A stretch of 64,000 nucleotides of DNA from an uncultured Planctomycetota bacterium (GTDB lineage: Bacteria > Planctomycetota > Planctomycetia > Gemmatales > Gemmataceae): positions 14,231 to 78,230 of the forward strand of contig CAVVSQ010000002.1 of assembly GCA_963750865.1 (NCBI GenBank), given 5' to 3'. Positions 46,302 to 55,925 of the stretch are shown piece after piece. Made by a program: the position numbers and the translations under genes. Positions within the stretch are counted from its first letter, which is position 1. Each line of letters opens with the position of its first letter. Under the pieces are notes generated by a model, which was not told the DNA's origin, did no database searches, and saw only the letters and a program-made list of their open reading frames with translations.

Positions 46302-49300
46302 CTACGGCTGCCCGCGCTTGCCGCGATTGGCCTCTTGGTGGAACAGCATGACGCTCATCCCCTCCGGGCGCGGTTCGACGTCGGCGGGAAGCGACCACGC
46401 CTGGACGCCGCGACCCGGCAGGGTGCGGACGACATTGACGGCCCAGGCGGTGTTGCCGCGAATGCGCTCGCCGGTCAACTCATTGAGCGGGATCGCCGCC
46501 TCGACTTGCCAGGCGTCGGTGTCGCTGTGGACAGCGACGAACCACTTCGGATCCCAAGTCAAATCGCCCCAGCAGTCGTCGCGCACGCAGCCCCGCTGAT
46601 CCACTTGCAAGTGAAAATACGTGGCGTAATCCCGGATCGAGATCCAGCAGAATGCTGACGCGATCGATAGGGATCGAGATTGGCATCGCGCGTGCGGTTT
46701 TTGACCGGCGGCACCGAGCGGCCGGCGGGGTGACGGCAACGCAACGCGATATAAAGATACTCTTGGTCGTACGCAAACCGGGCCTCCGTTGGGTATTCCT
46801 TGGCCGTTTCGCCCACCGCGTTTTGCATGACGAGTGGCTCCAGGCCATGCCAACAGGCGTCATCCAGTTTGCCGTCGAGATAGGGCTTGGCGTTGGTGCA
46901 CCGGCATAGGGCGAAACGCCGCGGCGGCGCCATGGTGCGGCTGGCGAGCCAAAGCTCGGCCGCGGCGGCATCGCTCCACGGTCCCTTGGGGCCGAACGTG
47001 CGGAACTTCGTGTACCATTCTTGGGCCTCGCTGAGTTGGCCAGCTGGCGGCGTGAAGCTTGCAGGCAAAACTGAATCGCGGGATCCGAGGCGTACAACGG
47101 ACCAAAGGCGGCCAAGCGTTGACCGAATAGCAGGCTTCCCTGAAACCACTGGCGCGTCTGCTCCTTGTCCGCCAGGAAATCCACTCGTCCTTGCCGTGCG
47201 ACCTCCGTGCCCTTTACTTGCTGGACATCTGCCGCTTTCGCATCGGGGTTCAGTCTGGGATTCAATTGCACGGCACTGGCCATCGAAAATTGCCCCAGTT
47301 CTTGCCGGCGACGCGCCTCGCTGCTGCTCACGTGGCAAACGAGCCAGCGATACGCATCAACGGCCAAAGGGTGCGCTGGATAGTGATCGACCATGAGGCA
47401 GAAAGGTTTCCCGCGCCAGGTTCCACTGTCCCTTGCGCACATACTGGTTGGCAATCGCGAAAGCGGTGCGAGCGCCAATGTCGTCGGGGAGTTTCGCCAG
47501 AGTCGGGGCAATGTGTGCCAAGGTCTGATTGGGGTCATCAAGGTTGCGCGAGTTGCAACAGGTTGTGACGCTGGCTCAACGCCTTGACGAGCTCGGCGTC
47601 CGCTACCGGTTCTTGGCCTACTTCACGGCGCGTATCGCGCACCGCCATGGCCATGCCGTGCATCATATGAGTCTGCTTATCCGCCCCGGCCAGCGCACTA
47701 TAAACTAAGCGATAATAACGTTGACCCGGCACAGGCCTTGGCTCCGTCACAAGCAAATCGAGCGCGGTCGCGGCATAATCGCCCGCGCTCGCTTCCAGGC
47801 GCGGCTGAAAGGTATTGTTGTCCATGACGATCTGGGCATCGTTTTTGTCCCACACGTAATAGAGTTTTTTCACGCTCCAGGCGCTGAGGGCCAATTGCTG
47901 AAGCTGCTCGGGGAAAGCCTTCGCGTCGCCGGCTCGCTTGGCTGCTTCCAGCAACGCTTCGCCGAGCAGGATATTTCCTGGACTTTTGGTGCCTGGGTGA
48001 TTGGTGAGCAACACTTCGGGCCGCCAGATTCGCAGAGCTAGCACAAGTTGGCGAAGAAGCTCCTGACTGGCATCGTTGCCCTGTCGCTCGCTCCAAAAGG
48101 CGTGCAATGCTTTGGCGTCGTCACCAGCTTGGTGCTGGGGGAGTGGAAACTGCCAGAGCATCTCGCCGGCCGCTCCGCCGGCGCGGCGCCAGCCCGCGGC
48201 AAAACGGCTGGGATCACCGGCCCGCACCGGCGCTGACGAAGCCGCGTCGGCTGACACAACGCGCAACCCCGTCAACAAATAACCTTCCTCGGCTCCCATG
48301 ATCGCCAACGTATCGACCGGCACGTCTGCCGCCTGCGCATGAACAAACACGCCCCGGCACGCTTGCCGCCGCGGCGTTGGCACTTCCAGGCTTGGCCGCC
48401 GTCGCTGGTCGCGAGGATGGTGCCGAGTTCGCCAACGGCCCAGCCGCGCTTGTCATCAATAAAAAACACACCATGGAGCGGCAATGACTGGCCGGTTTGG
48501 CGGACGTTCCAAGAGGCACCGCTGTCGGCGGTGTGAAGGACGACGGAACCAGGCCGGCCGACGATCCAGGCCTTGTGTGCCAACGGCGTGGATGGCGTTG
48601 AAATCGAGACTCGCGCGTACGCTCTCGGGAACCTTGAGATCGGCAAAGCCCCAGCGCGTGCCACCGCTGACGCTGGTCAGGATTAATCCGCCCTGGCCGA
48701 CCGCCACGGCGCGTTTGGGGAGAATAATCATCGCGTTAATGGCCCGATCGCCGAGCTTTTCGACGTCGCGCTTGGCCAAAGCTGGTGCCGCGAAATGTCG
48801 CCAAGCGACTCCAGGCCCCGCCCAGGATGCCTGTCTGCGCATCTTGAAAATCACCAGCCAACCACGAGACGGCGCGCGGCCCAGGCACCGGTTCCCAGTG
48901 GCCGCCGCCGTCGGTTGTCTTGAAAACTCCCGTGGCGAAATGTTCGGTGCCGTCGCCGATTATGAAGCCAATTTTCGCATCGAGAAACTTGACCTGGTTA
49001 AGACCCGGCAGGGCGTTGGTCAACTGCCGCTGCCACGTTTGCCCGCCATCGCGCGTGAATAACAAAACGCCAATGCTGCCGCGCTCATGCGGTTGCTCCT
49101 CGCGGCCGACGACCCATCCGACATAGGGAGTCAAAAAGGCGAGCGAACGCAACGAGGCACGCGTTCCGGTCGCTTGGCGTTCCCAAGTTTGGCCTCCGTC
49201 GATCGTGTGCTGGATGACGCCTTCGTCGCCGACCGCCCAACCCTCCTTGCCGTTATCGACGAACTGGACCGCGCAAAGTGGCATCATCGGGATAACGTAG

Positions 49301-49363
49301 ATCGGCAGCCGACGCGGATACGGCGGAGAGGAACACCGCCAAAGTGACAAGCAACACGCGCAT
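46302..49363 (-). pseudogene. large secreted multidomain protein (BNR/Ycf48-like propeller, LmbE/PIG-L-like region, CBM9-like C-terminus), many frameshifts
   Basis: Signal MRVLLVTLAVFLSAVSASA at 49363. TIDGGQTWERQ / TRDGGQTWQRQ / TTDGGGHWEPV / TSDGGQAW repeats. IRIWRPEVLLTNHPG. DGKLDDACW...EYLYIALRC and WQVEAAIPLNEL. Pieces lie in ORFs 48736.., 48456.., 48272.., 47538.., 46480.., 46559.. and 46302... Confidence 0.6.
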
Positions 49364-49402
49364 GGAGGAACGCTCCTTGTTCCAAAAATTCCGGTCAACT
49401 AC

Positions 49403-49567
49403 GAGCCGCGTCTTTCCGAGCCGCGACCGTTAGGAAGCGGCCAACCGCACCCGTCACGGGCATTGATTGCCTCTCAAATGACTGTTTTGAACGCACGCTG
49501 GAGGCCGACTGTGGCCACTCCCTAACGGTCGCGGCTCGGAAAGACGCGGCTCGGAAAGACGCGGCTC
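49403..49567. repeat. 40-nt inverted repeat with 70-nt spacer and a 15-nt tandem duplication
   Basis: 49403..49442 is the reverse complement of 49513..49552 (about 36/40). GGAAAGACGCGGCTC is repeated at 49553..49567. Lies between the GT2 gene end and the start of the large gene. Confidence 0.7.
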
Positions 49568-49582
49568 GGTTGGATAGACACC

Positions 49583-50452
49583 TTAATTGAACATCCAATA
49601 GCGGAGGATGCAGAAAAATGCCTGGACGGCATCCTTGAAGCCGATCTTCTTGCCTTCCTCATAGGTGCGGCCGCTGTAGCTGATCGGCACCTCGTAGATG
49701 CGCCATTTGGGGCGACGCTTGGCGATCTTGGCGGTCACTTCCGGCTCGAAGCCGAAGCGGTTGGACTTGAGATCGATGTCTTTCAGAACTTCGCGGCGAA
49801 ATACTTTGTAGCACGTCTCCATGTCGGTGAGATTTAGGTTCGTGAACAGATTCGACATCAGCGTCAAAAGTCGATTGCCCACGGAGTGCCAAAAATAAAG
49901 GACGCGATGCGAGTCGCCGATGAAGCGCGAGCCGAATACCACATCCGCGCGATTGTCGAGAATGGGCTGGATTAGCCGGGGGTATTCCGCCGGGTCGTAT
50001 TCCAAGTCGGCGTCTTGGACCAAGACGACATCGCCGGTCGCCTGTTTGAAGCCCGCGCGCAGCGCGGCACCCTTGCCTTGGTTCTGCGGCTGATAAATGA
50101 CGATATGGCCTCGGTGCTCATACTCCTTCAGGATTTCGCGGGTGCCGTCGGTGCTGCAATCATCGACCAGAATGATTTCCTTGGGAATTGGCGTGGCCTC
50201 GACGCGGCGCATGACCTCGCGGAGCCATTGCTTTTCATTGAAAATCGGCATGACGACCGACAGCTTGAAAGTCGCAGGAATGGGCATAATCCCCAGTTGC
50301 CGGCAACCCGCTTCGCCCAGAAGTGTCGCCAACACCTGATAGCGCTTGCTCGGTGACTCGGCGGCTTGCTCAAGAAGGGTCTGCAGGTCGGCGGTATGCG
50401 GCCCATGGTGATGATGTGTCACACCTTGAGCCGTGAAATTGCTTGAGTTCAT
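49583..50452 (-). CDS. family 2 glycosyltransferase (polyprenol-phosphate sugar synthase-like)
   Basis: [14 protein letters not shown]...[12 protein letters not shown]...[12 protein letters not shown]...[12 protein letters not shown]...VFGSRF. Confidence 0.9.
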   Translation of the reverse strand: MNSSNFTAQGVTHHHHGPHTADLQTLLEQAAESPSKRYQVLATLLGEAGCRQLGIMPIPATFKLSVVMPIFNEKQWLREVMRRVEATPIPKEIILVDDCSTDGTREILKEYEHRGHIVIYQPQNQGKGAALRAGFKQATGDVVLVQDADLEYDPAEYPRLIQPILDNRADVVFGSRFIGDSHRVLYFWHSVGNRLLTLMSNLFTNLNLTDMETCYKVFRREVLKDIDLKSNRFGFEPEVTAKIAKRRPKWRIYEVPISYSGRTYEEGKKIGFKDAVQAFFCILRYWMFN

Positions 50453-50569
50453 GTCCTAATCCTTGGACAACGGATCCTGGTCGGCACGCGCCCCATACCG
50501 CTGGGGATTATCCAGCATAAGCGGGGAAACGGTCAAGGCGAAGTAACAGGATGGTGCCATGACTGTGCT

Positions 50570-50662
50570 ATCCGCGGGATTCGGAGTACCTCATCCCGCG
50601 GCTTGAATTTCAGGTGGAAATCACTTCAAGCCGCGGGATGAGGTACTCCGAATCCCGCGGAT
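50570..50662. repeat. perfect 38-bp inverted repeat (17-nt loop), each arm itself a 9-bp hairpin
   Basis: ATCCGCGGGATTCGGAGTACCTCATCCCGCGGCTTGAA ... exact reverse complement at 50625..50662. Lies in the divergent gap between 50452(-) and 50737(+). Confidence 0.85.
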
Positions 50663-50736
50663 CCATCCTCTCTTGCCCGCGTCTTGCCTGTCTGTTATAT
50701 GCCGCCTGGAACGTGAGCTTGGCGGGAGCACCAAAT

Positions 50737-51502
50737 ATGAAGCAATTTATCCTGGCGGCGGCGGTATTGGCATTCGTGGCCACCACCGATCAGTGCAAGG
50801 CGCAGACTCCCCGGACCCGGTTCGGGCGGGTCGGTGCTCAAGGATCCGTTTGCCGCACCGTCACCGATGACGACGACGCCGGCGACCGGTTCCGTGGAAG
50901 CTCTCATCAGCCCCACTCCGAATCCCACGAAGCACTATCTGCATCCGCCGCAAGAAAAGCCCGACATCAATCAAGACATTCAGGTCACCAAGGAACTGGG
51001 CCCGTGGCTCATCATGGTGCAAAGCTACACCAGCCCCGAGGCGTCGATCATGGCCCGGCAAATGGTGCAGGAGTTGCGCACGACCTATAATCTGCCCGCC
51101 TACACCTTCAACTACGGCGCCGAGGAAAAGCGCAAGGAATATGAGCGCGTCAAAACGATCATTGAAAATCAGCGCGCGTATCTTCTCAAAAATGGCCTGC
51201 CGCTCGATACCCATATGCGTGTCCGCACCATCCACATTGAAGAGCAGGTCGGCGTTTTGCTTGGCGGCTATGCGACCGAAGAAGCCGCCCGCCGCGCTTT
51301 GGACGGTATTCGCAAGCTCACTCCCCCCGATCCCAAAAAGGTCCAGCTCTCGGTCAAGTTTTTCGGCACTGGTGAAACCAATAAATACGGCAAGCTAGAA
51401 CGCGCTGAAGGCGTCTATGTCAATCCTTTTAAAACTGCGTTCATCGCCCATAATCCCAAGGTCAAGATCGAGCACCCGCTGACTGGGACAAGCACGACAT
51501 GA
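50737..51502 (+). pseudogene. secreted protein with SPOR-like domain, one frameshift near 50830
   Basis: Signal MKQFILAAAVLAFVATTDQCKA (frame 50614..), then LKDPFAAPSP...WLIMVQSYTSPEASIMARQMVQEL...VLLGGYATEEAARRALDGI (frame 50834..51502). Confidence 0.5.
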
Positions 51503-51927
51503 ACCTGTTGCGCAATCTTAACGCGACCGAGCCATTGAGTCTCTTGGCTTGCAAAAAGCCGTTTACGCTTGCCGTCAAGGATTTTCCGACGCCGACCATC
51601 GTGCAAGCCAAGGGCGGGGGCAGCACGGTTTTAGCAAGCCTGGGGTTGGGCGGCAAAACGGGCCCGCGCGAGGACACCGCTGCCGGCGCCGCCCACTCGT
51701 TAGGCGAGTGGTTGCGCAAAGGGCGAATCGACGCCTATGTGCTGCACACCAAATACACCAGCATTGTCTGCGTCGGCAATTTCGACAGCCCCGACGATCC
51801 CAATCTGCGCACCATGAAAACCCTCCTCGAAACCCGCGTCATGCCCCAAATCGCTCAGTATTTCCCCGTCCTTCCCAATCAAACGATGGTCCAGGCTCGC
51901 GTCGAGACGATGCAGATTCCGCGCTAA
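51499..51927 (+). CDS. hypothetical protein with SPOR-like segment (ATGA-coupled to upstream gene, or its continuation)
   Basis: AYVLHTKYTSIVCVGNFDSPDDPNLRTMKTLLE. The ATG overlaps the upstream TGA. Confidence 0.5.
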   Translation: MNLLRNLNATEPLSLLACKKPFTLAVKDFPTPTIVQAKGGGSTVLASLGLGGKTGPREDTAAGAAHSLGEWLRKGRIDAYVLHTKYTSIVCVGNFDSPDDPNLRTMKTLLETRVMPQIAQYFPVLPNQTMVQARVETMQIPR

Positions 51928-51930
51928 TTT

Positions 51931-51994
51931 TTTGTGGGACGGCTCTCCTGAGCCGTCTTTTAGGTCGGACGGCTCAGGAGAGCCGTCCCACAAA
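51931..51994 (+). terminator. perfect 27-bp-stem hairpin 4 nt after the stop of 51499..51927
   Basis: TTTGTGGGACGGCTCTCCTGAGCCGTC-ttttaggtcg-GACGGCTCAGGAGAGCCGTCCCACAAA. Confidence 0.5.
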
Positions 51995-52076
51995 AGTGGC
52001 GTCCCACAAAAGTGGCGTCCCACAAAAGTGGCGTCCCACAAAAGTGGCGTCCCACAAAAAAGAGTCGTCCCACAAT
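51995..52076 (+). repeat. 16-nt tandem repeat AGTGGCGTCCCACAAA x4 plus one degenerate unit
   Basis: Units at 51995, 52011, 52027 and 52043, with a degenerate unit at 52059..52076. GTCCCACAAA also ends the preceding hairpin. Lies about 90 nt upstream of the ECF sigma ATG. Confidence 0.85.
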
Positions 52077-52166
52077 AGCGCGACATTTCATTCCGTCATA
52101 TCGAAGGATTCCCCCTTTTCGCGACAATAATCTACTGAAGCTATCGCAACGGCCCGAGACGTTTTC

Positions 52167-52749
52167 ATGACTTCGGACGAGTCAGTCCGGGAGCGCTGTC
52201 TTTGGCAGGCGGTCCTGGCCGGTGATGACCGAGCATGGCGCGCGTGGTACGAAGCGTCGTTCGAGCCGCTTTACGCCTATGTGCTGTGGCGGTGCGCGGG
52301 CTTGCGCGATGTCGCCGACGATATCGTCCAGGAAACGTGGCTGACCGCGGTGCGATGCTTGCATAAGTTCGATCCAGAACGAGCGACGTTTTTGACCTGG
52401 CTGCGCGGCATCGCGGGCAACTTGGCGCGAAACTATTTCCGCAAGGAAAAACGCCGACCCATCCAGCCGCTCGGCGCCATCGATGTCGCTTCGGATGCGG
52501 ACAGCCGGGATGAAGCGGAGAACATCGCCGTCGCGCTCGCCGCGTTGCCCGAGCATTACGAGATGGTCTTGCGCTAAATACCTGGACCAACAAAGCGTAG
52601 CCGACATCGCGGCCCAGCGCCAGGAATCGATCAAGGCTGTCGAATCGCTGCTGACGCGAGCACGGCAGGCGCTGCGGGATGCGCTGGGTAAAGCACCGGG
52701 CGCTAACGCTTGCGGCTCGCCCAAAACGGGTTGCATTGGCGAGCCCTGA
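52167..52749 (+). pseudogene. ECF-type RNA polymerase sigma factor, one frameshift near 52575
   Basis: Region 2 DIVQETWLTAV...FLTWLRGIAGNLARNYFRK (ORF 52167..). Region 4 LDQQSVADIAAQRQESIKAVESLLTRARQALR (ORF 52483..). Junction ...EMVLR/AKYLDQQ. Confidence 0.85.
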
Positions 52750-52797
52750 GCGTCAGCGACCGGTGAGACACCTTGGAAATGTGCAAATGTGAAATGT

Positions 52798-52879
52798 GGC
52801 CGGGGTCTCGGTACTCCGAGACCCCGGTACTCCATGATCTTCCGTATTACCGGGGTCTCGGAGTACCGAGACCCCGGCC
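52798..52879. repeat. perfect 30-bp inverted repeat, each arm itself a 12-bp palindrome
   Basis: GGCCGGGGTCTCGGTACTCCGAGACCCCGG (52798..52827) and exact reverse complement at 52850..52879. Shares the 10-mer GGTACTCCGA with the 50570 element. Lies between the sigma and anti-sigma-like genes. Confidence 0.85.
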
Positions 52880-52937
52880 ACGCGCCACCACGCGCCCACG
52901 TGCCACGCCGCGGGGCACGACGCGAACGAGACTACAC

Positions 52938-53462
52938 ATGAGCGATCCCATCGAGCGATTTTTGGTGACCGATTTTAGCGGCGCCACCGTGCCAGAGTTG
53001 CGCCAACAGGTCTTGGCCCAGACCACGCGGTTACTGTGGCGCAAACGGTTGCGGCGGCGTTTGTTTCAGGTCGGCGCGCTGGCAGCTTGTTTCTTCGCCG
53101 GCATGCTAACAATGAACGGCTTGATGAGTGGCGAGGGGCGAGTGGCGAGTGGCGAGAATATCGGCAGACCACCCGAAGCGCCGGCAGTACCGTCAACCAC
53201 GCCCGCGCCGCCGCCCTCGCTGCTCGACCTGGAATGGCGCGCGTTCGATAGCCGGGAAAACCGGGCCGCGCTGTTCTTCGAGGTGGCGCGCCGCTATTTG
53301 GAGGAGCAAAACGATTACGAGTCCGCGTTACGCTGTTATCGCCAGGCCCTGGATGCCGCCCCACGCGAGGGTCTGGCGATTCGTCCCGACGACAATTGGT
53401 TCGTCATGGCCCTTAAAGAAGCACGACAAAAGGAGGAAAATGATGCGGTACTTAATCCGTAG
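52938..53462 (+). CDS. single-pass membrane protein, anti-sigma-factor-like by position
   Basis: ATG 52938. RRLFQVGALAACFFAGMLTMNGL is a TM helix. Follows the ECF sigma gene. No conserved anti-sigma motif recognised. Confidence 0.5.
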   Translation: MSDPIERFLVTDFSGATVPELRQQVLAQTTRLLWRKRLRRRLFQVGALAACFFAGMLTMNGLMSGEGRVASGENIGRPPEAPAVPSTTPAPPPSLLDLEWRAFDSRENRAALFFEVARRYLEEQNDYESALRCYRQALDAAPREGLAIRPDDNWFVMALKEARQKEENDAVLNP

Positions 53463-54678
53463 TTTGGTTATCGCCTATTTGACGATGCTCGAGAGTTCTC
53501 TGTGCCAAGCTCAGCCCATAGACGCTCCGCCCAAACGCACGGAAACCACGACAAAAAAAGAGTCCGTAAACGTCGAAAAAAAGGCGACGGCCCGAGAGCT
53601 AAAGGAACTGGAGCGCGTCGAGCATCAACTCCGGTCTGAGGTGCGCAACCTTTCGCTGGATAACCTCCTCGCCCAGGCGCTGAAGGACAACCCCGATATC
53701 CGCGTCGCCGAAGCGAAGATGCGCGAAGCCGAGGCCGAGCTCAACCGCGTCAAGCTCCAAGTCACCCAGAAGGTGGTGACGCAGCAGCGGGAACTCGTGA
53801 TGTATCAATCCGCTCTGAAGCAGGCCCAGGCCAATTTTGATCGAATCCAGGCTCTCCATCGCCAAGGGGCAACCTCAACTGAAAGTATCGGCGCCGCGGA
53901 AGCAAGCTTGCAAAAAGCAAAGGCGGAGTTGGCACGGATTGAGGCCGAACTCCCTTATATCTTAGGTTCCACCCGGCCCGCCTTGCAAATTGGCCAGATC
54001 GGTCCAATCGGCGGTCAAGGTGGTCAACCTGGGCGGAGCGGCGGCCAAATCGGCCAGATCGGTGGGCAAATCGGCCAGATTGGACAAATCGGCGGTCAGA
54101 TTGGTCAAGGGCGGAGCGGCGGACAGATCGGTCAGCTCGGTGGACAAATCGGCCAGATCGGTACATTCGGGGGTGGATTTGGGGTAGCCGGGAGTGGATT
54201 TGGGGTAGCCGGTGGCGCGCTTGGCGGTCCAGGCGGCGCCCTTGGCGGCCAATTCGGGATGTCCGATGGCCTGCGGGCCAAGGGTCAACTGAGGGCCGAC
54301 ACTTCTCGCTTACCCGAGAGCATGGCTACCAAGATTCGCACGGCGCTGGATACGCCAGTTCAGGTTAATTTCAACGAGGTATCGCCGAAGGATATCTTGG
54401 CGTTTTTGCAGCAACACGCCAAAGGATGCAACCTCGTCGATCAAGCCCACTTCGACAAGAATGTGCTGGTATCGCTGCGGCTGACGGAACCCGTCCCCTT
54501 GGGCGCCATCTTCCAGTTCCTCGAAGACAAATGCGGCGTGAACTTCGTAATACGCGAATATGGCATCGTCATGGCCCATAGAGGGACCATGCCGCCTGGA
54601 GCCATCAGCCTGCAAGCTTTCTGGAAGGACCGAACGCCGACCGCCGTGACTTCGCCGTCAGCGGGGCAGAAAAAGTGA
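53440..54678 (+). CDS. secreted coiled-coil / Gly-Gln-Ile repeat / C-terminal globular domain protein
   Basis: GGAGG then ATGATG at 53440, overlapping the upstream gene end. Signal MMRYLIRSLVIAYLTMLESSLCQA, TolC-like coiled coil, GQIGQIGGQIG run, then a conserved-looking C-terminus. Confidence 0.6.
   Translation: MMRYLIRSLVIAYLTMLESSLCQAQPIDAPPKRTETTTKKESVNVEKKATARELKELERVEHQLRSEVRNLSLDNLLAQALKDNPDIRVAEAKMREAEAELNRVKLQVTQKVVTQQRELVMYQSALKQAQANFDRIQALHRQGATSTESIGAAEASLQKAKAELARIEAELPYILGSTRPALQIGQIGPIGGQGGQPGRSGGQIGQIGGQIGQIGQIGGQIGQGRSGGQIGQLGGQIGQIGTFGGGFGVAGSGFGVAGGALGGPGGALGGQFGMSDGLRAKGQLRADTSRLPESMATKIRTALDTPVQVNFNEVSPKDILAFLQQHAKGCNLVDQAHFDKNVLVSLRLTEPVPLGAIFQFLEDKCGVNFVIREYGIVMAHRGTMPPGAISLQAFWKDRTPTAVTSPSAGQKK
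53986..54260 (+). repeat. coding microsatellite-like region (GGN-CAR-ATY units, then GGxGF/GALGG units)
   Basis: Encodes QIGQIGPIGGQGGQPGRSGGQIGQIGGQIGQIGQIGGQIGQGRSGGQIGQLGGQIGQIG... Confidence 0.8.
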
Positions 54679-54725
54679 CACGCGCACAACCAGAGCGCAC
54701 AATCCTAGCCGCGCACATTTAGAAT

Positions 54726-54876
54726 CCTCGTGACCAGGCTCCGCCTGGTCACGCACTGTTCACGAGCCTCCGCCTCGTTTTCGGACTCGCTGGCGAGAGC
54801 ATGCGGGCCCATGGGCGATTTCGTGCAGGCGGAGCCTGCCGGGCAGTGCGTCACCAGGCGGAGCCTGGTGACGAGG
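54726..54876. repeat. long imperfect nested palindrome between convergent genes
   Basis: 33-nt arms 54726..54758 and 54844..54876 (31/33). Each contains GTGACCAGGCTCCGCCTGGTCAC-type internal palindromes. Confidence 0.75.
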
Positions 54877-54886
54877 TTTCTTCCGC

Positions 54887-55662
54887 TTACTTCGTGCGCG
54901 GCTCTTTTTTCTCCTCGCGGACTTTCAATTCGAAGAGTCCGCTCTCCATCCCGAAGCTGGTGGCATAAATGCGATAAACGCCGTCGGCCGGCGGGGTGAA
55001 GCGAATTCGCGCGTTGTTGTTGCCACCGGAGTCGTCGTCCTGAGCGAGCTGCTTCCCGGCCGCATCTTCCAAGCGCAGGAATGAGTCGAACTGCTTGCTG
55101 GTCATGTCGATCACATACTTGGCGGTCATTTTCAGCTTCACGTCGTAAACGCGGCAACGCTTATGCCGCACTTTGTCCAGTGGATCATCCTTGCTGAGCA
55201 TGGCTTCGATAGCCAGCTCTTCGGGCCCAACGGTAAAAATCTCCCCGGGCTTCGTGGGCGTCAAATGCAGGGGCGCAAGCTGATGACATATTGCCCCGAA
55301 CTGCCGCCGGGCGAATTGACCAGCAGCTTGAACCGACCGGTCTCGGGTGCCTTGAAGGTTGACGAAGCGGCCAACAAGCCAACCTGCTGACCCTTCTCGT
55401 TTTCCAGGCGCAACGCAATGAAGAAGCCGCGCGAATCCATGGTGACGATGTAGGCTGTGTCCTTCTTGAAATCGGCAAAATGCGTCACCTGCTGCTCGGT
55501 GCTCGTCAGCGTTCCCTTGAGAACGATCTCCTTGGGCGCCTGTTTTTCCTTTTTTACATCGGCCTTGCTCTGAGCTAGCACGGGGCAAAACGGCAACAGC
55601 CAGATCATAGCAAGACAAAATGCCAGAGCCGGCCAACGGATTATCATCGTTGTTCTCTCCAT
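54887..55662 (-). pseudogene. secreted protein with two PPC-like (pre-peptidase C-terminal type) domains, one frameshift near 55265
   Basis: Signal MERTTMIIRWPALAFCLAMIWLL. YIVTMDSRGFFIALRLENEKGQ...GRFKLLV (ORF 55261..) and YVIDMTSKQFDSFLRLEDAAGKQLAQDDDSGGNNNARI...GVYRIYATSF (ORF 54887..). Confidence 0.5.
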
Positions 55663-55925
55663 GAGCGCGATAAGATACTCGCTGCCATTGTAGTCTTTGG
55701 CGATCAGGCGCGCAGCTTCCCAAGTGTTAACGGGAATCCGCCGCAACTCCAATCCCTCCAAGTCTTTTTCCTCTGTCGCAACCCCCGCATTGGACAAAAC
55801 GCCTCCCGCGACCTATCCTTGTTTGGTTTATTTCCGAATTGATGATGGATTGTCTTTCGCGGATCGGACTTGTCCGTCCCGGATCGATTGTTCGCTCGCC
55901 TTGAAGAACTTCTGTAGGGTTTGCC

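Noticed and set aside
51995-52076. Short tandem repeats as a mini-CRISPR or telomere-like array
   Set aside because: 16-nt units abut directly with no spacers. Only four or five units are present. Recorded as a simple tandem repeat instead.
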